From Vulcanimicrobiota bacterium (GTDB lineage: Bacteria; Vulcanimicrobiota; Vulcanimicrobiia; Vulcanimicrobiales; Vulcanimicrobiaceae), in contig CAWAXX010000012.1 of the NCBI GenBank assembly GCA_963786105.1, forward strand, positions 128,001-192,000: a DNA stretch of 64,000 bases, in the 5' to 3' direction. The first letter of the stretch is position 1, and every line of letters begins with the position of its first letter. A model generated the notes under the pieces. The model searched no databases. It had not been told where the DNA came from and was given only the letters and a program-made list of their open reading frames with translations. The position numbers and the translations under genes are program-made. Below, piece by piece: positions 51,293 through 60,508 of the stretch.

Positions 51293-53658
51293 GTTCGGAT
51301 GATCGCGCCCAGCTCGCCTTGCAACGCGCCGAGGGCGCGGGCGATCGCTTCGTCGGCTTCTTCATCGGTGATGGTGGCATCGAAGCGCTGCAGCGCGATG
51401 CGTACGGCCAAGCTCTTGCGGCCTTCGCCAACCTGCTCGCCGCGGTATTCGTCGAAAACGCGAACGCCGGTGCAGGTCGCGCCTAAAGCGCGCGCGATGG
51501 TTCGTTCCACGTCGCCGGCGCCGACGTCGAGAGCGACGGTTAGTGCCAAGTCGCGCGACGTTCCCGGATATCTCGACGGCGGCCGGTAGTGCGGCAACGC
51601 GTACTCCGGCAAATGGTCGAGTTCGACGCTGCACAGATACGCGGGCAAGCGCGCGTCGAACGCCTTTCCAAGCCGCGGGTCGAGTTGCCCGAGTTCGGCG
51701 ACCGTCCGTTCGTCGATCGTTAATGCGGCCGTTTTGCCGGGATGAAGACCGCGAGCCGAGCTCGCGCGCGCGTCGGCGCGGCGCCCGGTCACCATCGCCA
51801 GCATCGCTTCGCAGTCGCCTTTCAATCGCAAGAAATGCGTATCGTTCCAGGGCGGATCGTCGACCGGCGCGGCGGCAAATCCAAAGGTCACTACCGGACG
51901 TTCGTCGATACGCCCGTCGCGCTGAGAGAAGACGTGTCCGATTTCAAAGGCGCGCACCGGTGCGTCGACCACGGCAAAATATCCGAGGAGTCCCGGGACG
52001 AGCGACGAGCGCAGATAGCGCTGTTCTTCCGAAAGCGGGTTGAGCACTTCGGCTGGAGTGCCGGCGGGCGGGATCCCCGCGCGCCGTTCGCGATCGAGCG
52101 GATCGCGACCGTGGAGCGAATGCGTAACGATTTCACGATATCCCAGCGTCGCCAACGCACGCGCGACGGCCGATTCCTGGTCGAACGCGGCGCTCGAAAT
52201 CTGATGCGACGGCACCGCCGGAACGACGGCCTCGATGTTGTCGTAACCTTCCATGCGCGCGATCTCTTCGACGAGGTCGGCGGCGTTGACAACGTCGCGC
52301 CGCCAGGACGGAGGTACGACCGAAAACGCCGCGTCGCCGCTCGGAGTTACCTCAAACCCTAGCGCGCGCAGATGGCGGGCGACGCGTTGCGCCGGCAGCG
52401 AGAGACCCAACAAGCGCGCGACTTCGGCAGCGCGCAGGGAAATCGGCGCGGCCGCGGCGAGCTCGGCGCCGAAGACGTGCGGCCGATACGGCGTCGCTCC
52501 AAATTCGGAAAGCAGTTGCGCGGCTCGCGCTGCACCTGCGTCGGCGAGCGCCGGTGCAAGCGTCTTTTCGTGCCGCGCGGCCGCCTCGCTGCGCAGACCG
52601 AGCGCCTGGCTCGTTCGCCGGATGCGCCCGCCGTTGAAGTTCGCCGCCTCGAGGACGATCGCGGTCGTCGTGTCGTGGACTTCGCTATTCTTGCCGCCCA
52701 TCAGTCCGGCAAGGCCGAGGGCTTCGCGCGAATCGGCGATCACCAACGCCTGCGGTGAGATCGTTCGCTCGGCGCCGTCGAGCGTGACGATTTTCTCTCC
52801 CTCGCGGCCGTCGCGCACGATCAAGGTCGAGTCACTCACGGCGTCCGCGTCGTAAAAGTGCAGCGGCTGGCCCGTTTCGATCATGACGTAGTTCGACGCG
52901 TCGACGAGGTTATTGATCGGGCGCTGGCCGGCCAAGGCGAGGCGAACGCGCATCCATGCCGGCGCCGGTCCGACGGCGATGCCGTCGAAGCGTTGCGCGA
53001 CGAACCGATAGCAATCGGGGGATTCGATCGAGACGCGGGGCGCCTTGCCGGGTGGTTCGAGCCCTGTGCCTGGATTGTCGAACGACGGCAGCCGCAGCGG
53101 CCGGCCGTACGACGCGGCGAGTTCGCGGGCAAGGCCAACGACGGACATCGCGTCGACGCGATTCGACGTGATCTCGACGTCGAGCACCTCGGTATCGAGA
53201 CCGAGGAGTGCGACGGCGTTCGTCCCCGGCGGTGCGTGGTTCGCATCCATTTGCATGATCCCGTCCTCGAACCACTCCGCCGGTAACGCCAGCTCGTCGG
53301 CCGAGATCATCATGCCTTCCGAGGCGATTCCGCGCATTTTGCGCGGCTCGATGGTGAGCTGTGGTAGACGCGCCCCGATCGTTGCGACCGCAATCGTTTG
53401 GCCGGTCGCGACGTTGGTGGCCGCCGTCGCTACCGTCAACGGTCGATCGGCGCCGACGTCGACCTGCGCGACCGACAGACGGTCGGCATTCGGGTGCTTC
53501 TCGAGATTGAGAATTTTGCCGATGACGACGCCCGAAATGGGCGGCCGCTTCTCGACGTCGTCAACCGGAAATCCAAGCATCGCTAAGCGGTCGGCGATCG
53601 TCTGAGCATCCTCGGGCAAGTCGACGAACTCGCGCAGCCACGATATCGGGATCCTCAC
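51289..53658 (-). CDS. pheT: Phenylalanine--tRNA ligase beta subunit
   Basis: SWLREFV, HPNADRL, TSNRVD, GQPLHFYD, DLVEEIARMEGY and FDEYRG motifs. Confidence 0.97.
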   Translation of the reverse strand: MRIPISWLREFVDLPEDAQTIADRLAMLGFPVDDVEKRPPISGVVIGKILNLEKHPNADRLSVAQVDVGADRPLTVATAATNVATGQTIAVATIGARLPQLTIEPRKMRGIASEGMMISADELALPAEWFEDGIMQMDANHAPPGTNAVALLGLDTEVLDVEITSNRVDAMSVVGLARELAASYGRPLRLPSFDNPGTGLEPPGKAPRVSIESPDCYRFVAQRFDGIAVGPAPAWMRVRLALAGQRPINNLVDASNYVMIETGQPLHFYDADAVSDSTLIVRDGREGEKIVTLDGAERTISPQALVIADSREALGLAGLMGGKNSEVHDTTTAIVLEAANFNGGRIRRTSQALGLRSEAAARHEKTLAPALADAGAARAAQLLSEFGATPYRPHVFGAELAAAAPISLRAAEVARLLGLSLPAQRVARHLRALGFEVTPSGDAAFSVVPPSWRRDVVNAADLVEEIARMEGYDNIEAVVPAVPSHQISSAAFDQESAVARALATLGYREIVTHSLHGRDPLDRERRAGIPPAGTPAEVLNPLSEEQRYLRSSLVPGLLGYFAVVDAPVRAFEIGHVFSQRDGRIDERPVVTFGFAAAPVDDPPWNDTHFLRLKGDCEAMLAMVTGRRADARASSARGLHPGKTAALTIDERTVAELGQLDPRLGKAFDARLPAYLCSVELDHLPEYALPHYRPPSRYPGTSRDLALTVALDVGAGDVERTIARALGATCTGVRVFDEYRGEQVGEGRKSLAVRIALQRFDATITDEEADEAIARALGALQGELGAIIRT

Positions 53659-54692
53659 GATTGAAGCTGCTCGAGAAAGTCGAGATCGCTATTGATGAAG
53701 CGCCGGACGTCGTCCACGTCGTAGCGAGAAAGCCCGAGCCGCTCCGCGCCGAAGCCGAACGCCCAACCGGAATAGACGTCCGGATCGTAGTTCATTTCGC
53801 GCAGGACGTTGGGATGTACCATTCCGGCGCCGCCAAGCTCGATCCATCCAGACCCGCCGCACATCCCGCAACGGTCGCCGTTTCCCTTGCACTTCGGGCA
53901 CGTCGTATCGACTTCGGCGCTCGGTTCGGTAAACGGAAAGAAGGACGGCCGAAAGCGAACGCGTTGCGATGGGCCGAAGAGCTCGCGGCACATGCCGGTG
54001 AGCATGCCCTTCAAATGACCGAAATGAATGCCCTCGGCGACCAATAATCCCTCGATCTGATGAAACTGGAAGAGGTGCCGGGCGTCGACGGCGTCGCGGC
54101 GGTAGCATTTTCCCGGTGCGACGATGGCGATCGGCGGGCGGTACTTTTGCATCGTGCGAATCTGCATCGGCGACGTGTGGGGTCGCAGCAACAGCGTGCC
54201 GGTTAGCCAGAACGAGTCGAAGCCTTCGCGGGCCGGATGGTCTGCCGGAATATTGAGCGCGTCGAAGTTGTAATAGTCCGGCTCGATCTCCGGACCGATG
54301 ACCACCGCAAATCCGTGACGGCGAAAGTACGCGCAGGCATCTTCGACGATTTTTCGCACCGGATTGATCGATCCGGTGAGCGGCGCGATCGCGGGAAACG
54401 TTACGTCGACCGATCGCGCGAGCTCGCGTTCGACGTCGCGCGATTCGAAGCGCGCCTGCGCGTCGGCGAGCATCGTCTCCATCGACTCGACGGCTTCGTT
54501 GATGAGCTTGCCTGCAGTTGGGCGCTCGGCGGCCGGCAGCGTGCCGATCGCCCGGCGCAAATGCGTTACCTCGCCGTTTCTTCCGAGAAATGCGATGCGC
54601 GCCGCCTCGAGCGCGCGGTCGTCCGGAGCGGCGTCGAGTGCCGTTCGAAAGCGCTGCCGAAGATCTTCGAGCGTCGAAGCCAATTCACTCAC
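53655..54692 (-). CDS. pheS: Phenylalanine--tRNA ligase alpha subunit
   Basis: NFDALNIPADHPAR, HTSPMQ, FHQIEG, FPFTEPSAE and GWAFGFG motifs. Confidence 0.98.
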   Translation of the reverse strand: MSELASTLEDLRQRFRTALDAAPDDRALEAARIAFLGRNGEVTHLRRAIGTLPAAERPTAGKLINEAVESMETMLADAQARFESRDVERELARSVDVTFPAIAPLTGSINPVRKIVEDACAYFRRHGFAVVIGPEIEPDYYNFDALNIPADHPAREGFDSFWLTGTLLLRPHTSPMQIRTMQKYRPPIAIVAPGKCYRRDAVDARHLFQFHQIEGLLVAEGIHFGHLKGMLTGMCRELFGPSQRVRFRPSFFPFTEPSAEVDTTCPKCKGNGDRCGMCGGSGWIELGGAGMVHPNVLREMNYDPDVYSGWAFGFGAERLGLSRYDVDDVRRFINSDLDFLEQLQS

Positions 54693-54744
54693 GATGCTCC
54701 CATGCCCAACCTGACCGTCAAAGTGGGTCCCTATCTACACAATT

Positions 54745-54778
54745 GAAAAACGCCCGGTGTTGATACTATACCGGGCGT
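54745..54778 (-). terminator. Intrinsic terminator between the YqzL-like ORF and pheS
   Basis: Minus strand ACGCCCGGT-N11-ACCGGGCGT followed by TTTT. Confidence 0.75.
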
Positions 54779-54843
54779 CTCGGAAATTGGCTCGGACTTC
54801 TCCGGGCGCCGCGCGTCGGGGCGCGGCTCTCCCGAGCGATGCT

Positions 54844-54942
54844 TCAGGTCGCGCTGGTTGCCGGATGGAGATGACGGTAAGCCAAATAGGCGTCGATCGA
54901 ACCAGTTTGGGCGAAGAGCTTCCAGAAGAAAGTGGCGGTCAT
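54844..54942 (-). CDS. 32-aa YqzL-like small protein (MTATFFWKLFAQTGSIDAYLAYRHLHPATSAT)
   Basis: AAGGAG RBS; W-x-x-F-x-x-T-G-x-I-x-x-Y-L pattern recalled for the YqzL family; below the ORF-track cutoff. Confidence 0.75.
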   Translation of the reverse strand: MTATFFWKLFAQTGSIDAYLAYRHLHPATSAT

Positions 54943-55005
54943 GTTGCGCTCGGTCTCCTTCTAGCCGTCGGCTCCGGGGCGGCCGGGTCTTAAGGAATGC
55001 CGTGA

Positions 55006-55014
55006 GTATAGCAT
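55006..55014 (-). promoter_or_regulatory. Extended -10 promoter (TGcTATACT) for the YqzL-like ORF and pheST
   Basis: Minus strand atgcTATACT about 65 nt upstream of the small ORF start. Confidence 0.5.
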
Positions 55015-55087
55015 GCGACTTTTACGGCGGGTAGTCTTGACTTTTTGGCTCCCAGACACTCTCTTGACAAGCCGCCTTAAGCCGCCC

Positions 55088-55864
55088 TCAGCGGCGATTC
55101 CGGATCGCCTCGTAGAGGCCGATCGACCCGGCGACCGCCGCGTTCAAGCTCTCGCTCGGGCCGGTCATCCGAATCGACAGGAGCCGGTCGCAGATGGTGG
55201 CCCAGCTGCCTAGGCCGTGGCGCTCGTGACCGACCACCAGCACGCTGCGCGCGGGCCAGGAGGCGCCTTCGAGGGGTGCGGCATCCGTCGCTAAGCCGGC
55301 CACGTCGAACCCCCCGGCGCGCGCGGCCGGCGCCAAGTCGCCCGCGTCGCCTAGCGCGAGGGCGAGCCGAAACAGCGCGCCCATGGCGGAGCGGACGACC
55401 TTTGGGTGATACGGGTCCACCCCGGTTCGGCCGAACACGACGCCCAGAGCGCCAAAGGCGTCGGCCGAACGAACCAGCGTCCCGGCATTTCCGGGATCGT
55501 TGAGGTCGGCGAGCACCAGCACGACTCCGTCGCGAACGAACAGGTCGTCGAGGGCGCGAAATCGCGCTGGGGCGACGGCGAGAAGGCCGCTCGGCGTTTC
55601 GACGTCGGAGAGCCCGGCAGCGATGCGGTCGTCCACGACGAACGTGGGCGTCCCGGCGCCGTCGAGATCGCGCACCACCGCCGAACTATCGTAGGCGGTC
55701 TGCGTCACGTACAGCTCCTCGACTTCAGTGCCGCTGCGCAGCGCCTCGTCGAGCAGGATGGCGCCTTCGAAGGCGAATCGATGCTGCTCGCGCCGCCCCT
55801 TGACGGTCCTTAACGCGCGAATGCGGCTCAATCGCTCGGAGTGGCGGCCGAGACGAGTCGCCAA
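55088..55864 (-). CDS. TrmH/SpoU family RNA 2'-O-methyltransferase
   Basis: DPGNAGTLVRSADAFG, GHERHGL and ESLNAAVA motifs; usual position between rplT and pheS. Confidence 0.9.
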   Translation of the reverse strand: MATRLGRHSERLSRIRALRTVKGRREQHRFAFEGAILLDEALRSGTEVEELYVTQTAYDSSAVVRDLDGAGTPTFVVDDRIAAGLSDVETPSGLLAVAPARFRALDDLFVRDGVVLVLADLNDPGNAGTLVRSADAFGALGVVFGRTGVDPYHPKVVRSAMGALFRLALALGDAGDLAPAARAGGFDVAGLATDAAPLEGASWPARSVLVVGHERHGLGSWATICDRLLSIRMTGPSESLNAAVAGSIGLYEAIRNRR

Positions 55865-55867
55865 GCG

Positions 55868-56116
55868 TTACCGCGCTCTCGTACGCGCCGTCACCCAGGC
55901 GCGAGTCGCGATCATGACGAGCCCCGCGAAGATGGCGGCCAGCACGATGGCGATCTTGTCGTTGAAGTGATGCGGCACGAGCAGTCCGACCAGCAGATAC
56001 ACGGCGACGACGAAGACCGCGATAAAGTAGGCGAGCCAAGCGACTTCAGCGGCGACAGACGAGCGTGACCGGTTCATCGAGGGCTCATACGAGGCGCGAA
56101 CCGGCGGTTCCGCCAA
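55868..56116 (-). CDS. Small two-TM hypothetical protein
   Basis: Two hydrophobic helices; 3 bp from the TrmH-like start; start uncertain. Confidence 0.55.
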   Translation of the reverse strand: MAEPPVRASYEPSMNRSRSSVAAEVAWLAYFIAVFVVAVYLLVGLLVPHHFNDKIAIVLAAIFAGLVMIATRAWVTARTRAR

Positions 56117-56151
56117 ACCTTCGAGTCCGCTTACTCACGCGACAGGACACG

Positions 56152-56718
56152 ATGATTTCGATGAACGATGTGCCGCAGTTGCTTTCTTCCAACCGCGTTT
56201 TCACCGGCCTGGTCTTCAACGTTCGAATCGACGAGCTTCGCTACAGCGACGGCTCGAAACACCGCCTCGACGTCGTCGAACACGGACCGTCGTTTACGAT
56301 TCTGGCGACGCCGAATCCGGGTGAGGTCGTCCTGGTGCGCCAGTATCGCCACGCCGCCGGGGCGACCCTCTGGGAGCTTCCCGCGGGGATGTCCGAAGCC
56401 GGCGAAGAGCCGATCGCCGGAGCGGCTCGCGAACTGCGTGAGGAAACGGGATATCACGCGGGAAGAATGCGCCCGCTTGCGTCGCTTTACTCGACCCCCG
56501 GTTTCTGCGACGAGGTCTTGCATTTCTTCCACGCCGACGATCTTCAAGCGGGCGAACAAGCACTCGACGATGACGAAGTCATCGAGGTCGGCATCTTCGA
56601 ATTCGATGCTGCTTGGCGCCTGATTGCCGGCGGCTCGATTGCCGACTGTAAAACCGTGTTAGGCCTTCTCTGGGCCCAGGCTCATCGGGACGAAATTGGA
56701 GGCGGATTTCGCCGATAA
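56152..56718 (+). CDS. NUDIX hydrolase (ADP-ribose pyrophosphatase-like)
   Basis: RQYR, ELPAG..EAGE..IAGAARELREETG Nudix box and STPG. Confidence 0.9.
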   Translation: MISMNDVPQLLSSNRVFTGLVFNVRIDELRYSDGSKHRLDVVEHGPSFTILATPNPGEVVLVRQYRHAAGATLWELPAGMSEAGEEPIAGAARELREETGYHAGRMRPLASLYSTPGFCDEVLHFFHADDLQAGEQALDDDEVIEVGIFEFDAAWRLIAGGSIADCKTVLGLLWAQAHRDEIGGGFRR

Positions 56719-56774
56719 ATAGCTAACGTTCGTCATCGACCCGCGTCTCATGCTACGGACGCGGGGCTTCGGCC

Positions 56775-57059
56775 ATGGAGGGAGTCGTGGAAATACCGAG
56801 CGACATCGATGCCGTGCTCAAACGATTGCTCGATCCTCGTGAGGATGGCGCAAGTTCGCTGCTGGCACCAGAAGACGAAGCATATTTAAACTCGTTGATC
56901 GACTCCGTTCGAGCGGGACGTCGCGCGGTGCTCATCGTGGAAGACGCCGACGAGCGGTTGCGATACATGTTCAGCAATGCAACGCGGGCTGAAGCGGTAA
57001 CCATGCTCGGCAAAGTTGTGGAAGCTGCTGGCCGCCGTCTCACCGAAGGCGACGATTAG
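56775..57059 (+). CDS. Small acidic hypothetical protein
   Basis: Clean ORF filling the intergenic space; no motif recognised. Confidence 0.5.
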   Translation: MEGVVEIPSDIDAVLKRLLDPREDGASSLLAPEDEAYLNSLIDSVRAGRRAVLIVEDADERLRYMFSNATRAEAVTMLGKVVEAAGRRLTEGDD

Positions 57060-57172
57060 GGCGGTTCGTTTATCCCATATCATCGTCGCCTCAGGTCTCA
57101 TTTTAGCGTACTAAACTTCGACCTGCGGCTCCTCGATCTGGAATAAACCAACTGCCCTAATAAGGCTCCGGT

Positions 57173-58594
57173 TTAGTCGGCGAGGACGAGTTCGTCGATT
57201 TTGCCGTCGCGCGTGAGAGCGAACTTGTAGTGATACCGCGCGTGCGGGTAGCGGACCAAAAATTCGTAGAGCGTGTTGCCGTTGGTTTCGGTCGAGCTGG
57301 ATATCGGCTCGATTGCTTGAAGTTTTCCGAGCGCCGCAAAGTCCGAGCGCGAGACGAGGTCGTCGGTGAGATACGTGCTGAACTGCGGCGTGAGTTGCGT
57401 GCGGTCGATGTGCTTATCGGCGAGACGCTGCAGCCATTCTTCGGCCCGGGTAACGATCGCGTTATCGAGATGCGCCGTCGAGGGCGGTGCGACGATGTCG
57501 AGAATCCGGGCCGCCATCGACGCCGGAGAAGCAGTCCTTCCGCCGTGCATCGAGTCGGCGTTCACGAACACGATCACCGCGAGGTGATTGTCGGGAAGCA
57601 GGGCGTTGACCGCCTGATAGCCGGCGATCTGACCCGCGTACCACGCGAAGCGCTTACCTCCGCGTTGATCGATCACCCAGCCCAATCCGTACTTGGTTGG
57701 TCCGTTCGATCCGCTCGGCTCGAACATTGCGCGTTCGGCATCGACCCTCAGAAGAATCGGCATCTCGATGTCCCACTTCGCCAAGTCGTAGACCGTCGTG
57801 ACCAAACCACGGTCGCCGCCGAGCCACGCCGGATCCCAGTTGCGCGCGACGACGAATCCCCGCGGGCCGGCGCCGTGCGTGTAACCGACGGCGCGCGACG
57901 GCGATATTCCGGTGTCGCCGGCGAGAAACGTGCGCGTCATCACGAGCGGGAAGAAGATGCGCTGCTGGAGGAAGTCCGAGAGTGGTTCGCCGCCGGCGCG
58001 TTCGACCACGATGCCGGCGATCAAGTAGTTGACGGGATTGTCGGAGTACACCGCGGCCGGCGGCGCGACGGGTTTTTGCGCGTTGATTGCGGCGAGGAGG
58101 TCGGCGGTTTTGACCGAGCGCGTGAGATCGGCCGGCGGGCTCGCGGTTCTCGGGTTCGGCAAGCCGGACGTCTGCTGCAACAGTTCGGCGATGGTGACGT
58201 TGGCGGCGACCGCGGACAACTCGGGAACGTATTTCGTCACCCGGTCCTCGAGCTTGAGCTTTCCGTCTTGCATCAGCATCAAGACGGCGGCCGCGGTAAA
58301 CTGTCTGGTGAGGTCGCCCACGTAGAATTCGGTGTCGGGCTGCACTGCGATGTTTTTTTGGATATTGGCGCTTCCGAAGGCGCGCGCGTAAACGATTCGG
58401 CCGTCCTCCACGACGCCGACGGCTATGCCGGGCGCTCTACCTTCGTGAACCTCGTTGCGAGCGAGTCGATCGATCGTCGAAGCCATTCGCGGCGTAAAGA
58501 CGGATTCGGCACCGGCGGCTCTTCCCGGCGGCAAGCCGCCGCCTCCTACGAGCGCCAGAAATGCAAAGACCCATAGCCGCTTCACGCGGGTCAC
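57173..58594 (-). CDS. Exported beta-lactamase/serine-hydrolase-fold protein with degenerate active site
   Basis: PGIAVGVV, LKLEDRVTKYVPE, TIAELLQQTSG, IFFPLVM and YGLGW motifs; SxxK position reads DLTR. Confidence 0.85.
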   Translation of the reverse strand: MTRVKRLWVFAFLALVGGGGLPPGRAAGAESVFTPRMASTIDRLARNEVHEGRAPGIAVGVVEDGRIVYARAFGSANIQKNIAVQPDTEFYVGDLTRQFTAAAVLMLMQDGKLKLEDRVTKYVPELSAVAANVTIAELLQQTSGLPNPRTASPPADLTRSVKTADLLAAINAQKPVAPPAAVYSDNPVNYLIAGIVVERAGGEPLSDFLQQRIFFPLVMTRTFLAGDTGISPSRAVGYTHGAGPRGFVVARNWDPAWLGGDRGLVTTVYDLAKWDIEMPILLRVDAERAMFEPSGSNGPTKYGLGWVIDQRGGKRFAWYAGQIAGYQAVNALLPDNHLAVIVFVNADSMHGGRTASPASMAARILDIVAPPSTAHLDNAIVTRAEEWLQRLADKHIDRTQLTPQFSTYLTDDLVSRSDFAALGKLQAIEPISSSTETNGNTLYEFLVRYPHARYHYKFALTRDGKIDELVLAD

Positions 58595-59241
58595 TTTGAC
58601 TCATAGGCCAGTTGGGCCTCGGCGACCACTCGAGGCCCGTCGACTAGCGCCAGCTGATTCATGCGATGGCTGTTCGGCAGGTAGAGCATCGCGACGTCGC
58701 CGTGAGGCTTCATCGTTCCGAGCATCGTGCGCGTGCCGTCGTGCATCCAGGCGACGTCGAGGGCGCTGGATGCGCCGTGCACGAGAATTACGTACCAGGA
58801 GCCGTTCGGTGCGTACATAACGCGACCACTCGCCCCGCCCGTCATGGCCGTGAACGTCGCGCTGCGCACCGACGTTCCGGCCAAACGGCTCATAACGTCG
58901 GCGTTGGCGGTGATGGCGTCGCGCATCGCCTGGTTCTGCGTCCAGAAGTATGCCGATGGAAGTAACGCCAGCAGCAACGTCGCTGCCAAAGCTCCCCACG
59001 CGGGCCAGCCGGTGCGGACTCGCGGCGAAGGTGCGCGGAAGCGCCGCAGCAAGGCGGCCGGGGGCTCGCGGCTGGGTTCCGCGGCAACCATCCGAGTGAC
59101 GTCCTCTTCGGCGGCTCCAAGAAGCCGGCGGCACGGCGCACATGCGGCGGCGTGCGAATCGACGGCGTTCCGGGTGGATTCGTCGAGTGCCCCCAGCGCG
59201 TACAGCGCGGCATTTTCACCGACGTGGTCGCGGACGTTCAC
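58591..59241 (-). CDS. Anti-sigma factor (zinc-binding HxxxCxxC, TM, RskA-like)
   Basis: YALGALD and HAAACAPC motifs, one TM; GTGA coupling on both sides. Confidence 0.85.
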   Translation of the reverse strand: MNVRDHVGENAALYALGALDESTRNAVDSHAAACAPCRRLLGAAEEDVTRMVAAEPSREPPAALLRRFRAPSPRVRTGWPAWGALAATLLLALLPSAYFWTQNQAMRDAITANADVMSRLAGTSVRSATFTAMTGGASGRVMYAPNGSWYVILVHGASSALDVAWMHDGTRTMLGTMKPHGDVAMLYLPNSHRMNQLALVDGPRVVAEAQLAYESK

Positions 59242-59783
59242 GTGTGCGACGGCTCCAAGGCTGTGGCGAGCTTGCGTAGCCCGCCGGCGATGCGGCTCTT
59301 CACGGTTCCTAGCGGCTCTTGCAGTTCGGCCGAGATCTCCGCGTGCGTCTTCCCTTCGTAATAGGCCAGCTCGAGTGGTACGCGCTGCTGGGGCGGCAGG
59401 CCGGCGAGGGCCGCACGCAGCCGGTCGCGTTCGATAGGGTCACCGGCGAGCAACTCGTCATGCTCCTGGGGCTCGGCGGCCAACCGCTCCGCCAAATGCA
59501 GTCGCCGCGCTTGCGATCGACGGCGAGAAATCGCCTCGTTGCGCACGCAAACGACGAGAAAGCTGCGGACGAGTCCGCGCTCCCGATGATAGGCGTTGGG
59601 CGAGCGCCAAACGCGCGCCAGCGCGTCGTGAACGCAATCGGCGGCGTCCTCGCCGTTCCCCAGCACGTTGTACGCTGCCGAATAAAGCAGCGGCGCATAC
59701 CGGCGGTACGCCTCGTCGAACGCCCAGCGCTCGTGTGCGGCAAAGCCCGCCGCCAACGTTTCGTCGTCGCCCGAATCGAGCAT
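59238..59783 (-). CDS. ECF RNA polymerase sigma factor (SigK-like)
   Basis: AADCVHD, RNEAISRRR and LAYYEGKTHAEIS..LGTVKSRI motifs; start inferred. Confidence 0.9.
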   Translation of the reverse strand: MLDSGDDETLAAGFAAHERWAFDEAYRRYAPLLYSAAYNVLGNGEDAADCVHDALARVWRSPNAYHRERGLVRSFLVVCVRNEAISRRRSQARRLHLAERLAAEPQEHDELLAGDPIERDRLRAALAGLPPQQRVPLELAYYEGKTHAEISAELQEPLGTVKSRIAGGLRKLATALEPSHT

Positions 59784-59932
59784 CGTATCGAGCCTTCGAC
59801 GCGCCGGACGGCTGTCGCCTGGAAACGCGTGCGCGCCATGCCACGCCAACGCAGTCATCTCAGGAAGAGAACGACCGGGGCACCCCTCTCGGATCAACCT
59901 GTCCCGATGAGGCAGAGGATTCGGCTACCTCA

Positions 59933-60292
59933 CTACTTGCCGACGGCGCGCTTGGCCAAGGACATCAACGTGCCGAATGCCGCTCGATCCGAGATCGCGA
60001 GCTCGGCGAGCGCCTTTCGGTTGAGGCTCACGCCCGATTTCTTCAAGCCGTTCATGAAAACCGAATACGAAAGGCCTTCGCGGCGAACGGCCGCGTTGAT
60101 GCGGCTGATCCACAGCGAACGGAAGTCGCGCTTGCGCACGCGACGGTCGCGGAAAGCATAAGCCAGCGATTTGAGGAGCGCTTCGTTTGCGACGCGATAG
60201 TTCCGTCGCCGGGCGGCGCGAAAACCTTTGACGAGCTTCATCACCTTGCGGCGATGCTTGAGGCCGTGGACCCCGCGTTTGATACGTGCCAT
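59933..60292 (-). CDS. rplT: 50S ribosomal protein L20
   Basis: MARIKRG, RDRRVRKRDFRSLWISRINAA and LNRKALAELA. Confidence 0.98.
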   Translation of the reverse strand: MARIKRGVHGLKHRRKVMKLVKGFRAARRRNYRVANEALLKSLAYAFRDRRVRKRDFRSLWISRINAAVRREGLSYSVFMNGLKKSGVSLNRKALAELAISDRAAFGTLMSLAKRAVGK

Positions 60293-60301
60293 GGTTTCTC
60301 C

Positions 60302-60508
60302 TTAGACTAGGTACGGGATCGTGGGCGCCAGGCGCTTGAGATCGCCTTTGAAGACCGGCTGATCCTTGCGGAAATTGCGTTTGCGCTTGCGCGTCTTCTT
60401 GCTCAAGATATGGCCGCAGCCACTGAATTGGTGGCGATGCAACACCTTGCCCGTCGCGGTCACTTTGACCCGTTTAGCAGTTCCTCGGTGAGTTCGAATT
60501 TTAGGCAC
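60302..60508 (-). CDS. rpmI: 50S ribosomal protein L35
   Basis: PKIRTHRGTAKRVKVTATGK; lies between infC and rplT. Confidence 0.95.
   Translation of the reverse strand: MPKIRTHRGTAKRVKVTATGKVLHRHQFSGCGHILSKKTRKRKRNFRKDQPVFKGDLKRLAPTIPYLV

Noticed and set aside
53855..53905. CPKC...CGMC insertion in PheS as a novelty
   Set aside because: This Cys-rich insert is common in bacterial PheS
54700..55050. T-box riboswitch upstream of pheS
   Set aside because: No GGTGGNACC T-box motif was seen before the terminator, and the space is occupied by a small ORF with a strong RBS
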